In this document: one piece after another, positions 32,360 through 43,231 of the stretch
How the letters are laid out: each line of letters opens with the position of its first letter
How positions within the stretch are numbered: the first letter of the stretch is position 1
Source: Mayamaea pseudoterrestris
Lineage: Eukaryota
Assembly (NCBI GenBank): GCA_027923505.1
Contig: BROI01000026.1
Location: 62,001 to 126,000 of the forward strand
Reading direction: 5' to 3'
DNA: 64,000 nucleotides
The notes under the pieces: generated by a model
What the model was told of the DNA's origin: nothing
Databases searched by the model: none
What the model saw: only the letters and a program-made list of their open reading frames with translations
Translations under genes and position numbers: made by a program

Positions 32360-35155
32360 ATGGTTTCGGTTACTGCGGAGGCTTTGCAAGCGCTCTGCGT
32401 GAACGTTTTCGGACAAGACATCCAAGAAGCGTTCTTGTTTTGGAATGTAACCACCACTACCCAGATGTTGAGATTGACCAAGGAGCAACTTGAAGCCCCC
32501 TACTGGGTCGACAGAGCCGCCATCCCACAAGGCGTTGGCCAACCTGAAGGCGCGCAACCCGACGATGCGCAGCCGGGCGACGAGCCGGCCGAAGAACCGG
32601 CCGAAGGACAAGCAGCCGCCGCCCCAGCACGATACGAAACACGTCTACCACCAGTCGACGTGAACCTTATCCTCGATGCATGCGAATGGTTTAACATGCA
32701 CGACGGAGCCCCGAACACCAAGAAGTGGGCGGAACTTGATTTAGGCAAGCTCGAGCGATTCCAAGAAAGACTCGCCGAACAAGAAATCGGTCGAAAGCGT
32801 GAAGAAGGGTACTATATCCTCGAGTCCAAGAGGGCGCAAGCCGAGCTACTTGCCAAGCAACTCGAAAATGAGAATATGAAGGCTGAGAAGGCCGAAAAGG
32901 AAGCAGATGCCAAGGGTCGTTTCTCGAACATCAAGACGAAGCGAGATTACAAGGACTACAAAACGTTCCAGCATCCCCACGGGTGGTTGAGTTGGAGCGC
33001 GTCTACCAAGGCAATCGCCAAGCTCCATGGCTGTTCTAACGTGCTCGACAGCAAGTACGTACCAGTCACGGAAGAAGAGAAGGAAGAGTTCAAGGAGCAG
33101 CAAATCTTCATGTACACTGCGTTTCGCAATTGTCTCGAAGTACCTGGATACCAATCGCTCCTAATGAAGTACGCTGACGAGTCTGACGCTCAGAGCGTCT
33201 ATCGCGATCTCGCGACCAAGTTTGGTTCCGGCGAGTTAGCTACCATCCAAGCGAACGAACTGCAAGCCAAGCTTGCGACGATTCGCCTAGATTCGACCTG
33301 GACGAAAGGACACTACAAGTTCCTAAACTACATCGAACAGCTCATGAAGAATCTCGAAGAGTTCCGTCCTGGAGTGACGGATGACAAGAAGAAGTACTAC
33401 TGGCTCCGAGCTGCAGTGGAAGGCGACGAAGAATTCGGCCCCACGTGCACGACATTCGACCAGCACTTGACATTTGAACGACGACGCATCATCAGTGCGG
33501 GCGGTGACCCAGATGCCGTCGTGACGGAAGATTATGACTATCTTTTCGACATGTTGTCGCAGCAGGCTTTGCGCATCGACAACAAGAACGCCAAGTTGAA
33601 TAAGGGCAAGAAGAACGCCGACCGCCAAGCGAACAACGCGAACACTACCGGCCAAGGACGTGGCAACGGACGCGGTTCCGGCCGTGGTGGAGGACGCGGC
33701 GGCCAAGGCGGACGCGGCGCTGGACGAGACGGTGGACGTGGCACCCAAGCGGGCCGCGGTTCCGGAGGACGAGGCTCTTCCGCGCCACTACCAGCAGCCG
33801 GCACGCAAGCGCATCGGGAGCGATTCCCTGGTGATTATCTGAACTTTGAACAGTTGTTGCAGGCCCCCTGGTCGTACATGTCGTACGAACGACTCGGCCG
33901 ACTTAACGAGGACGAATACGCTCAGCTCATGGCTCGACGCGAAGCCGTCCCAAGACCCGCCACAACAAGACGCGCGAACAACGGCAACCGCGCGAATAAC
34001 CAGCAGTCACAAGCGGCTGCCTCGGTGCCTGGTACAATCTTGTATCAGAATGACGCTGTCTCGATCGCCCCGACGACAGCCACTCAAGGTGCACCGGATG
34101 ACATGATTAGATCTTTCCTTGCGAACGCCGCGTCGTCTCGCACTCAAGCTGCGAATAACACCCAGCAAGAGTTTATGGGAAGCGACGGCCGTCGGTACCG
34201 CGCAATGGTATCGGTGCGCTACACTGTGAATCGAGCTCGCAGCAACGAGACCCGCCAAGGATCGCTGATTGACGGCGGTGCGAACGGTGGACTCGCTGGA
34301 AGCGATATGAGAATCTTGAGTACTACCAACCACACGTGTAACGTGACAGGTTTGAGCGACCACACGGTTCGCGACCTCCAAGTCGGAACTGGCGTCGCAT
34401 TGATTGAGACTCGGACTGGACCCATTATCGGTCAGTTCAACCAGTATGCTTTGTACGACGGTGCTGAATCCATTCATGCTCCATCGCAGCTTCGTTCGTT
34501 CGGCCATCTGATCGACGACGTCGCTCGCTCCCAGAACGGAGCACAAGCCATTGTCACCAGTTGTGGCAAGACCATCCCCTTGGCGATCCGTGACGGCTTG
34601 CCTCGTATGGATATGCGTCCGCCGACGGACGCAGAGTTGGAAATGTATCCGACGGTCATTTTCTCTGCGGACACCCTTTGGGATCCGGCGGAGCTGGATA
34701 ATGAATGGAACGAAGAAGAACTTGAGTTTAATCGTCGCTTCGACGAATTGGAAGAAGCCCACGGTTTCGTCGACGCCCGCATGGATGACTTCGGCGACGC
34801 CACCTACCGGAACAACATGAACTCAGTGGAACGTGTGGTGCAGTATGTCGATCGCAATCAGGCTGATACGACGCGCCAAGCCAATGCACGACGCATAATG
34901 CCACAAGAACCTGACTACCAAGCGCTTCGACCCTACCTTGGCTACACCACTCACTTGAACGAGTCAAGCGCACCATTAAGAATACGACACAGCTTTTCCG
35001 TGCATCGGCACACACCCCATTTCGCCAACACTTTAAGTCGCGATTCCCTGCCGCCAATGTGGTTCGTTTCCATGACGATACGGCGACAGATACCTGGTTT
35101 TCCAAGGAACCCGCCTTTAACGACGGAATCCGCGGCCATGGCGGATGCAAGATGA
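32360..35155 (+). CDS. gag: Retrotransposon gag-protease; homologous frame ends ~34950
   Basis: Gag-like helical region, GRG-rich tract, aspartic protease LIDGGANGGLAG. Confidence 0.85.
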   Translation: MVSVTAEALQALCVNVFGQDIQEAFLFWNVTTTTQMLRLTKEQLEAPYWVDRAAIPQGVGQPEGAQPDDAQPGDEPAEEPAEGQAAAAPARYETRLPPVDVNLILDACEWFNMHDGAPNTKKWAELDLGKLERFQERLAEQEIGRKREEGYYILESKRAQAELLAKQLENENMKAEKAEKEADAKGRFSNIKTKRDYKDYKTFQHPHGWLSWSASTKAIAKLHGCSNVLDSKYVPVTEEEKEEFKEQQIFMYTAFRNCLEVPGYQSLLMKYADESDAQSVYRDLATKFGSGELATIQANELQAKLATIRLDSTWTKGHYKFLNYIEQLMKNLEEFRPGVTDDKKKYYWLRAAVEGDEEFGPTCTTFDQHLTFERRRIISAGGDPDAVVTEDYDYLFDMLSQQALRIDNKNAKLNKGKKNADRQANNANTTGQGRGNGRGSGRGGGRGGQGGRGAGRDGGRGTQAGRGSGGRGSSAPLPAAGTQAHRERFPGDYLNFEQLLQAPWSYMSYERLGRLNEDEYAQLMARREAVPRPATTRRANNGNRANNQQSQAAASVPGTILYQNDAVSIAPTTATQGAPDDMIRSFLANAASSRTQAANNTQQEFMGSDGRRYRAMVSVRYTVNRARSNETRQGSLIDGGANGGLAGSDMRILSTTNHTCNVTGLSDHTVRDLQVGTGVALIETRTGPIIGQFNQYALYDGAESIHAPSQLRSFGHLIDDVARSQNGAQAIVTSCGKTIPLAIRDGLPRMDMRPPTDAELEMYPTVIFSADTLWDPAELDNEWNEEELEFNRRFDELEEAHGFVDARMDDFGDATYRNNMNSVERVVQYVDRNQADTTRQANARRIMPQEPDYQALRPYLGYTTHLNESSAPLRIRHSFSVHRHTPHFANTLSRDSLPPMWFVSMTIRRQIPGFPRNPPLTTESAAMADAR

Positions 35156-38100
35156 TGCAACTGTTCGTCGGCAAGAAGAGCTTGCTGACGAGGGGATACC
35201 CACTGAGAACCGAGAGTGACATGCCCATGGCGCTCGAAGACTTCATTCGAGACATTGGCGCTCCCGACTTGCTCATTAGCGATAACTCGCGAGTGCAGCT
35301 CGGGAAGCAAGTTGAAACCTTGTTGCGATTCTACGCGATTCGTGACCAACAGAGCGAGCCCGGATACCAGAACCAGAACCCTGCCGAGCGTCGCATCCAA
35401 GAAGTCAAGTCATCAGTCCAGAACATCATGAACCGTACGGGCGCACCCGCTGGAGCCTGGCTCCTATGCGCGCTGTACGTAATCGCCTTATTCAACAATC
35501 TGGCGACCGAGTCCCTCAACTGGAAGACCCCTACTGAAGCCGCCTTCAACCGAGTACCCGACATTTCGCCGTTCCTGCAGTTCAAGTTCTGGGAACGAGT
35601 CCTGTACGAAGCTGGAGCCGACGAGCCGCCGACATTTCCTCACACCAAGGAAGCAGCAGGACGCTGGGTCGGCATTGCAGAGAACAAGGGTGACATCCTC
35701 ACGTACCAAGTTCGATCCGATCGGACTGGAATGGTTGTCGTCCGATCCAACGTTCGTCCCTTCTCCGAAGGACGTAACCTACGCGCTGAAGCCGAAAGCG
35801 CCCCTGAACCCGAGTCCGAACGACCACTGTTCGCGGAACCTGTCTTTGACGCGCGCCCTGCGCGTGAACGAGTCCAAGTCGAAACTGTCGACGAGTTTGA
35901 CGATGAGTATGACCTAGTCGGTCCGGTGTTTGAACACGACCTTACACCGACCCCAGCGCCTGATTCTGGGGGAACCGTGGATGAAGACGCATTCACGTTG
36001 GAAAGCGCTGCCGAGTTAGCCGGTTTGGATCCCGACGGACCCATGCCGTCCTTTACTCCGGCTGAACTGATGGGACGCACTGTCCTTCTTGACGAGGAAG
36101 ACGGCTCCACGCGACGTTACAAGGTTATCGAGCAACTGAACGATCGCGATGAAGCCAACCACAAGATCATCAAGTTCCGATTGAGTCTCGGCGACGGCGA
36201 CGTCGACGAGCTTATTACCTACAACGAACTAGCCGACCTGTGCGAGCGGCAAGATTCTTTACGACTGGGGGACGATGACAACGACGACCAGTACTACAAG
36301 TTTGATTTCATCGACGGACATGAAGGTCCACTGACACAAGCCGACGCTACGTATCGCGGCTCATCCTACAACTTGCTCATCCAATGGGCAAATGGCGAGA
36401 AGACCTGGGAGCCACTCGCATTGATTATCAAGTCCGACCCTGTTACCGTTGCCGAGTACGGCAAGCGCAAGGGTATGCTGGACAAGGATGGATGGAAGCG
36501 CTTGAAGCGCATGGCAGGACGCACGAAACTGTTTAACCGCATGTGCAAGGCTGCAAAGAAGAACCGTGTCCAAGAAGCGCGTTTCAAGTTTGGCGTTCAA
36601 GTTCCTAATACCTGGAAGGAAGCGAACCGCCTCGACGCTGCTAATGGGAACACCCTGTGGGCTGACGCTGTCAAGACTGAGATGGAGCAGCTACACGAGT
36701 ACGACACTTTCATCGACAAGGGCATCGGTGCCTTCATGGAAAGTGACTGGAAGCGCATCAACGCGCATCTTGTTTTCGACTGCAAGAACGACCTACGACG
36801 TAAGGCTCGACTCGTCGCCGGGGGACATTTGACCGCTCCGCCCAAGGACTCCGCCTACTCCGGCGTTGTATCTATGCGAAGCATTCGAACCATAGCACTG
36901 TTAGCTGAACTGAACGACCTCAAGTTTTGGGCTGCCGATGTCGGTAACGCCTACCTCGAGGCCAAGACCAAGGAAAAGGTCTACATTGTTGCCGGTCCCG
37001 AGTTTGGACCATTGGAAGGCCATACCTTGGTCATCTACAAGGCACTATACGGATTGCGCACTTCTGGCGCGCGTTGGCATGAGCACTTTGCCGACACACT
37101 CCGCGACATTGGATTCTACCCAAGTTACGCGGACCCTGACGTCTGGATGAAAGACTGTGGCACTCACTACGAGTACGTCGGCGTGTTCGTCGACGATCTG
37201 GCTATGGCCATGAAGGATCCACAAGCCTTCACGGACCTCCTCAAGGACAAGTACAAGTACAAGTTGAAGGGCGTCGGCGACATCAAGTATCACCTTGGAG
37301 CCGACTTCTATCGTGACCCCGATGGAACCCTCTGCATGAGCGCGAAGACCTACGTCGGTCGCATGCTCAAGAACTACGAGACCATGTTTGGCGAGAAGCC
37401 ACGCAAGCGCAAGTCACCGCTTGACGACGGGGACCACCCCGAACTTGACCTAACCGAAGAGCTGGATGCCCGTGGCATTCAACAGTACCAGTCTCTTATC
37501 GGTGCCCTCCAGTGGGCAGTGACCCTATGTCGACTTGACATTCATTGTGCCGTAATGACACTTGGCCGATTCCGCTGCGCCCCGCGCCGCGGACACCTGG
37601 ACCGAGCCAAGCGAGTCTGCGGTTACCTAGCTGAGTACCCTGATGCGGCGATTCGTTTCCGGACGAAGATCGTCGATCACGGGGAACCTACCAAGTATGA
37701 TTGGTTGCAATCGGTCTACGGCAACTCAAGCGAAGAGCTTCCGTGGAACATGCCGATCCCGAAGGGCAAGCCTGTGCAACTAACTACCTTTATGGACGCG
37801 AACCTGTACCATGATTACACTACTGGACGTTCCGCAATGGGAGTCCTGCATTTCCTGAACCAGACGCCCGTCGAATGGTTCTGCAAGCGTCAGAATACTG
37901 TCGAGACTGCAACGTACGGATCCGAGTTCGTCGTCGCCAAGACCGCGACGGAACAGATTATGGATTTCCGATACTCCCTACGCATGTTGGGAGTTCCTTT
38001 GAGTGGACCAGCCTGGATGTTCGGCGACAACGAAAGTGTCAAGAAGTCGTCAACGATCCCGCACTCCACACTTTCTAAGCGACACAATGCGCTCGCCTAC

Positions 38101-38277
38101 CACCGAGTTCGCGAGGCCATTGCAAGCAATGTTCTGTACTTTGAGCACATCTTCGGCAAGCAGAACGTCGCCGACGTTCTTACCAAGTTCTTGCCGCATG
38201 CCACGTTCCGACCCCTGATCATTCCGATTCTTTTCTGGAAGGGTGATACGGCAAACCGATCGTTGTCACAAGCCTAG
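34951..38277 (+). CDS. pol: Retrotransposon pol: integrase, chromo-like domain, reverse transcriptase, RNase H
   Basis: TDTWFS, LISDN, QNPAERRI (integrase DDE); KARLVAGGH, ADVGNAYL, KALYGL, FVDDL (RT); MDAN, TYGSEF, GDNESV (RNase H). Confidence 0.95.
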   Translation, partial: SLERVKRTIKNTTQLFRASAHTPFRQHFKSRFPAANVVRFHDDTATDTWFSKEPAFNDGIRGHGGCKMMQLFVGKKSLLTRGYPLRTESDMPMALEDFIRDIGAPDLLISDNSRVQLGKQVETLLRFYAIRDQQSEPGYQNQNPAERRIQEVKSSVQNIMNRTGAPAGAWLLCALYVIALFNNLATESLNWKTPTEAAFNRVPDISPFLQFKFWERVLYEAGADEPPTFPHTKEAAGRWVGIAENKGDILTYQVRSDRTGMVVVRSNVRPFSEGRNLRAEAESAPEPESERPLFAEPVFDARPARERVQVETVDEFDDEYDLVGPVFEHDLTPTPAPDSGGTVDEDAFTLESAAELAGLDPDGPMPSFTPAELMGRTVLLDEEDGSTRRYKVIEQLNDRDEANHKIIKFRLSLGDGDVDELITYNELADLCERQDSLRLGDDDNDDQYYKFDFIDGHEGPLTQADATYRGSSYNLLIQWANGEKTWEPLALIIKSDPVTVAEYGKRKGMLDKDGWKRLKRMAGRTKLFNRMCKAAKKNRVQEARFKFGVQVPNTWKEANRLDAANGNTLWADAVKTEMEQLHEYDTFIDKGIGAFMESDWKRINAHLVFDCKNDLRRKARLVAGGHLTAPPKDSAYSGVVSMRSIRTIALLAELNDLKFWAADVGNAYLEAKTKEKVYIVAGPEFGPLEGHTLVIYKALYGLRTSGARWHEHFADTLRDIGFYPSYADPDVWMKDCGTHYEYVGVFVDDLAMAMKDPQAFTDLLKDKYKYKLKGVGDIKYHLGADFYRDPDGTLCMSAKTYVGRMLKNYETMFGEKPRKRKSPLDDGDHPELDLTEELDARGIQQYQSLIGALQWAVTLCRLDIHCAVMTLGRFRCAPRRGHLDRAKRVCGYLAEYPDAAIRFRTKIVDHGEPTKYDWLQSVYGNSSEELPWNMPIPKGKPVQLTTFMDANLYHDYTTGRSAMGVLHFLNQTPVEWFCKRQNTVETATYGSEFVVAKTATEQIMDFRYSLRMLGVPLSGPAWMFGDNESVKKSSTIPHSTLSKRHNALAYHRVREAIASNVLYFEHIFGKQNVADVLTKFLPHATFRPLIIPILFWKGDTANRSLSQA

Positions 38278-38288
38278 ATCAAGGGGGA

Positions 38289-38617
38289 TGACACAATATT
38301 ATTGAGTTGAGTTGACCTGCGTCTTATGACAAGACGGTTAGCTACCTGTGTTTTGTATGCATTTAATCCTGTGCAGGGTTGAGTCACACTTGTGACCGAA
38401 TCCTCACATACATGAGTGAAATCGCTGACGATCGAGGCGTGAACCTCGACCGTGAACCCAGTGAGAACGAGAAAGAAGCGCACGAGTAGAGTAGCGAGTA
38501 ACATGCACTATTCTAGCAATTGAGTTTGTTTGTTTGCTTTACGCTGGACGAAGAGGTTGATCGCTCCGAGTCCATTGTAGTCGCTGGAATAAAGGTTCGT
38601 CTGATATTATCGTGTCA
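38289..38617 (+). repeat. LTR 3 (3' LTR, 329 bp)
   Basis: Two substitutions seen versus LTR 1/2 (AAGATGG>AAGACGG; CTCCTAG>CTCCGAG). Confidence 0.96.
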
Positions 38618-38679
38618 CTAATGGGGTAGTCTATGAAGGCCATACACTGTAGCACCATGGAGCTGGTTACTGTGTAAAT

Positions 38680-39440
38680 GTCTGTCTAATCACATTGCAG
38701 TCTACCAAAGGACCAACCAGTCAACAATTCCTGTAGCGCCCCTGAAATAAGAATGTTAACGCCATTCTGGTGTGATTTGGGCACTTACAGGGCTTGCTAT
38801 AGGGGCGTTTGAATGTCACGGCATCTGTGGGCTGAGACTGGTGACAAGTTGTCACCAAATACATTGCCATCCCCTGAGACACCAGCCAAGCCTACCATAA
38901 CAGGGCTTGCTGTAGGGGCGTTAGAATGTCACAGCATCTGCGGGCTGAGACTGGTGACAAGTTGTCACCAAATACATTGCCATCCCCTGAGATACCAGCC
39001 AAGCCTACCATCTTGTAGCGCATCCTGAATATTGATGTTGGCACCATTCTGGTGTATATTGGGCACCTACAGGGCTTGCTGTAGGGGCGTTTGAATGTCA
39101 CAGCATCTGTGGGCTGAGACTGGTGACAAGTTGTCACCAAAAACATTGCAATCCCCTGAGACACCAGCCAAGCCTACCATTGTGTAGCGCAGCCTGAATA
39201 AGGATGTTGGCACCATTCTGGTGTGATTTGGGTGTATACATGGCTTGCTTTAGAAGCCTTTAACTGTCAAGGTATCTGCTGGCTAAGACTGGTGACAAGT
39301 TATCTCTAATCACATTGCAGTCCACAGACACACCAGCCAGTCAGCTTATCTTGTAGCGCTCCTGAAATAAGGATGTTGCCACTATCCTGGTGTTCTTGTA
39401 GCGCTCCTGAAATAAGGATGTTGCCACTATCCTGGTGTCT
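38680..39440. repeat. Degenerate ~170-bp tandem repeat array
   Basis: Recurring CAGGGCTTGCTGTAGGGGCG...GAGACTGGTGACAAGTTGTCACCAAA...CCAGCCAAGCCTACCAT; units ~38732, 38899 (short), 39012, 39181, 39350 (partial). Confidence 0.9.
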
Positions 39441-39647
39441 ATGGTTCATGGGCATGGTTCTAAGTATGAACTCGCGAAAATGCTGCCGACTCAGTGGTAC
39501 TTCTGAAGATGTCGTAGCGGTGATAGTTGATTGCGTTCGACGTGATTCGACCATGGCAATTGCACTCCTATCTGGAAGGAGCCGCTTTTTCCCTGGTACA
39601 CAAAATACTTGAGATCCGATAGGTCGCACGGCAATACCTTGATTCGA

Positions 39648-41450
39648 ATGATTAAGACGTTAATGATGACGTCGACGAGTAGTAATCATGCTGAAGGACA
39701 CGAGGAACGAGAGTTTCTAGACGCTCAAGAAACCATGCAAGACGTTGAAAATGCGCAGCAGGAGGAGCAGCAATCACTTCCGTCAGAATCATCTTCATGG
39801 AGGCGCCTGCTCTTTCCCTTTTCGTCGCCAGCCGCAGCTGCGGCGCGCGAGCAAGCAAATAACTCTCCTACGCCTACGCCTGCTGCTGCTTCACACTCAA
39901 ATTCACAGTCACTCCATACAACGCCTCTTCGCGACAATAGCTTGTCTCGCAGTGAAAGTAAGCGTTCGCCACCGGAGACGCAGGAATTCATCGTTTGGAA
40001 CTCGACGCCGGCGCCCGACGAATCAACGACGATTGGCGAGTCGCTGTCGACGCCGTTGCTGCAATTTACGCCGTCGCAGCAATTGCTCTTTCATAGCGAT
40101 GTTTTGAATGACGATGCAGACAACAATCAAAATCATAATCAATTACTTGATCATGATGCAGATGGAGTCGATTTGCTTGCTCCGCCTCCAACGAGTTTGC
40201 GTCGCCAGCGAAGCTCGTGGAGTCGACGAAGCAATCGAAGGCCGACGCTGAATGGCTTGAATTGGTTGAACGTTTTGGCCTTTAGTCTCCATGCCGCAGT
40301 CTTTGTTTGGACTACGGTTGTATACTGGCAAAAGCATTATCATCAAGATAGCGACGACAATCACCATGCACCAATTCAAAAGCAACGTCTTCCACTATTG
40401 ACACCAGCATCATGGTATTTTTGGTACGCCACAAAGTTTCCCATGATTGGCTTGCAGGCTGCCTTTTGCTTGGCGCAGTTGCTACCCATGTATCGCAATC
40501 GATCCGTCATTCAGTCGGGACGAGATGGCGGCGTTGGCGTTTCCTTTGCACAAGTTTGTGTACTTCAATTGGTGGCGACAATTTGCTGGAGCTTGACCAT
40601 GAACATGCAACTTGTTCATATGGAATCGCAACAGTCGGTTATGAATGAATTTACGGTGGACGACTTGCTGGACGATGTCAGCGAACAACCCGATTTGGAG
40701 CAAATTGTGCAGCATCCTTGGGGGTGGCGCGCGTTAATGCTTGTTCAAACGACTGCCACGGCCTTGACTCTAATGGTCATGGCGGCCCTTTGGATGCGAC
40801 GAAGTTCCTCGTCTATCATGGCATCATCGTCTGGATCATCATTTTGTGGCATTGTGCGACGCGTAGTGGACCATGTCGCATTGGAGTTGCCCTTTTCGTG
40901 GCTGCTCGGAGCTTGTTGTGTGGAACTGGTGCATTTGCTAGCGGTGCTAGTCTTGCAATGGGAGACTCCGTTTGAACCACGCTTCTATGGTGCTTGGCCA
41001 AGGGCAATGGATTACACTGGACTGGCGTGGCTACTACCAGTGGCGTTGCTTTGTCTGCTGGGTTGGCGACCAGGAGCGGGCAGTGCCAGTGGCGAGAGTC
41101 CAGACGATCATGTCATGAACGCCATTCTCATGCAGCAATCATCGTCCGCAGCATCACCAACGCCGGCCTGGCGACCCGACTTTTGCGTGCCGGCAGTAAT
41201 TTTGGTGGCATATGTGAGCATTTCCACGCGATTGGAAGAGTTGCAGCGACTCAAGCTGGAAGGAGACGAGGATGCAGCATCGGCGATTCACTTTTACGGT
41301 GGGACGGACGTCGTTGAGTCATTTGTAATAGTCAGCTTTGTGTTGACTGGCACTGTTGGTGTAGTATGGATCTTGGCGCTGATTGTTTGGTTGTCGAGGC
41401 AGTTTTGCACCATTCGTGTCGTACAGGTCGTGCTCGAGGATGATTATTAA
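39648..41450 (+). CDS. Multi-pass membrane protein of unknown function
   Basis: Disordered N-terminus, then about 8 hydrophobic segments (LNVLAF..., LTPASWYFW, LAQLLP). Confidence 0.72.
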   Translation: MIKTLMMTSTSSNHAEGHEEREFLDAQETMQDVENAQQEEQQSLPSESSSWRRLLFPFSSPAAAAAREQANNSPTPTPAAASHSNSQSLHTTPLRDNSLSRSESKRSPPETQEFIVWNSTPAPDESTTIGESLSTPLLQFTPSQQLLFHSDVLNDDADNNQNHNQLLDHDADGVDLLAPPPTSLRRQRSSWSRRSNRRPTLNGLNWLNVLAFSLHAAVFVWTTVVYWQKHYHQDSDDNHHAPIQKQRLPLLTPASWYFWYATKFPMIGLQAAFCLAQLLPMYRNRSVIQSGRDGGVGVSFAQVCVLQLVATICWSLTMNMQLVHMESQQSVMNEFTVDDLLDDVSEQPDLEQIVQHPWGWRALMLVQTTATALTLMVMAALWMRRSSSSIMASSSGSSFCGIVRRVVDHVALELPFSWLLGACCVELVHLLAVLVLQWETPFEPRFYGAWPRAMDYTGLAWLLPVALLCLLGWRPGAGSASGESPDDHVMNAILMQQSSSAASPTPAWRPDFCVPAVILVAYVSISTRLEELQRLKLEGDEDAASAIHFYGGTDVVESFVIVSFVLTGTVGVVWILALIVWLSRQFCTIRVVQVVLEDDY

Positions 41451-41588
41451 AAGTTGATGGCAAAACGGCAATACCAAAATTGTTCATGGAACAAAGTTAA
41501 TTATATATACGAGTAAAACAATAGCATATAATAGTTGCTACTATGTATATCCAGTCTGTCAAAAACGGCAATGCTTTTGCACCTGATA

Positions 41589-43231
41589 CTACCTCCGCTT
41601 GGGGAACAATTCTTTCAATTCTGCGCAGCGAGTTAGCTCATACGTCTTGGCTTGCTCCAATTTTCGCGTTCGCGCCGATTCATCCTTTAATGCCTTGGCA
41701 CTTTGCTCTAGTTTTCGCTTGTGCTCAACTTGTCGGTTGCATTCGTTCGAAAGGTATTGTTCGTATGCCTTTTCAACCATGGTTTCAACCTGACCAAGCT
41801 GATATCGATTGCGATGATACGTTTGTAAAAAGCGATCTGATACAAAGAAAGGAATTTCCTTTACCGTAGTCAGTCGAGTCTTTAGTTGATTCACAAATGG
41901 TGGCTTGTGCTGATGTAGGCAGTGCGAGAAAAAAGTAGAGTCAGTCGCCACACGACACTTGGCACATGCACATCACAAGGCAAAGAGTTACTCACCGACA
42001 GACTGAAATACTTGTTCTCGCCAGGCATGGGTCCGCTAAACGAATCGCTCCCATCTGATTGCGCCATGAACGACAGCAAAGCAAATAGCAGAACCGGCAA
42101 AACCTGGAACAGCATCTGCATTAATGTTCGGTCTGCTTGCGCCTGCGGTCGGCCACCGGCTTGCTGTCGCTGCCGTGGTTGCGGCCGGCCATTCTGAAAG
42201 TGAACGCCGCCGTTTGGTCCAAAACCCGACGTGTAGACACGAAAGCCTGGTCCACCGGCCATGCCGTTAAAAAACATGTTGAAAATGTCCTCCGGCGAAA
42301 CGTCGCCATGAGCCGTTCGCATGTGTGGTCCTCCGCCACCGCCGCCACCGCCGCCACCACCTGAGCGATTGTCAGGGTCCTCTGCGATCGAAGCGAACGA
42401 GACGAATATTCATGAGTCGAAATATCGACATCGTATTCGTACGTTTGCCTCATCCCTGCGGACACGACGCCAAAGGCATGCACAAGACGTATACGCACCA
42501 TCACCGTATCGATCATAAATATGTCTCTTTTGCGTATCACTCAGCGTCGCGTATGCCAACCCAACCGCCTTGAAGGCTTCCGAGGCTTGCGGCGCCGCAT
42601 TCTTGTCGGGATGCACTTTCAACGACAGTTTGCGGTAGGCCGTCTTGATTTGCGCATCGGTTGCATTTTCCGTAATGTTCAAGACTCGATAGTGCCCTCC
42701 GCGACCACCTTGACGTGCTGCGAGTACGCGCTCGACAATTTTAACTTGGTCAGGTGTATACTCGCGGCCGCATTCGCCCGTCTTTGTGTTTGCGGCGGTT
42801 GGTGCAGCAGCTGCAGCTGCTGGGCGAGCGGAGCCATTGCTTCCTTGATGACTGCTGCTGCTGCCTCCATTACTATCTGCTGTATTATTTTCCGTTGAGC
42901 TTGTTGCAGATGCTTGTGAAAGCAGAGCTTCCACTCCAGGAAGAGCATGTAGCTGAAGACTCTTGTTCAAAAACTTTTTCGCCTTCGCCAAGTCTCCCTG
43001 CCGGAGCGCCGTCACTCCAATGTCGCGACACTTTTCCGCCTGCTCTTTATTAACCTAAGCAGTATTAGAAACGAAATGATGAGAAAGAAGTGAATAGATA
43101 CGAATGATGAATGATGAAACCGAAGGAACATGAATAATGCTGGACACGTAATCCATCCATGATTTTACCATCATGATCATCTCTCAATCGCTCCCTTTTT
43201 GCTTGCTATAGAAAACAATCCTTACCTCCAT
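41589..43231 (-). CDS. DNAJB12: DnaJ subfamily B member 12/14-like ER co-chaperone; introns 43055-43225, 42382-42498, 41910-41995
   Basis: MEVNKEQAEKC start after splicing, J domain with HPDKN, SPEDIFNMFF, one TM helix, C-terminal DUF1977-like region. Confidence 0.9.

Larger units (their letters stand above)
31282..38617 (+). mobile_element. Ty1/copia LTR retrotransposon (CoDi-like) with three LTRs
   Basis: TGACAC...GTGTCA LTRs, 5-bp TSD CTAAT (31277-31281, 38618-38622), PPT AAGGGGGA before the last LTR, domain order gag-PR-IN-RT-RH. Confidence 0.97.

Noticed and set aside
31264..38504. Repeated minus-strand MLLATLLVRFF ORFs
   Set aside because: They are antisense readings of the three LTR copies, with no independent coding evidence.
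38680..39440. CRISPR-like array (palindromic repeat)
   Set aside because: Intervening sequences are homologous rather than unique spacers, there are no cas genes, and the context is eukaryotic.
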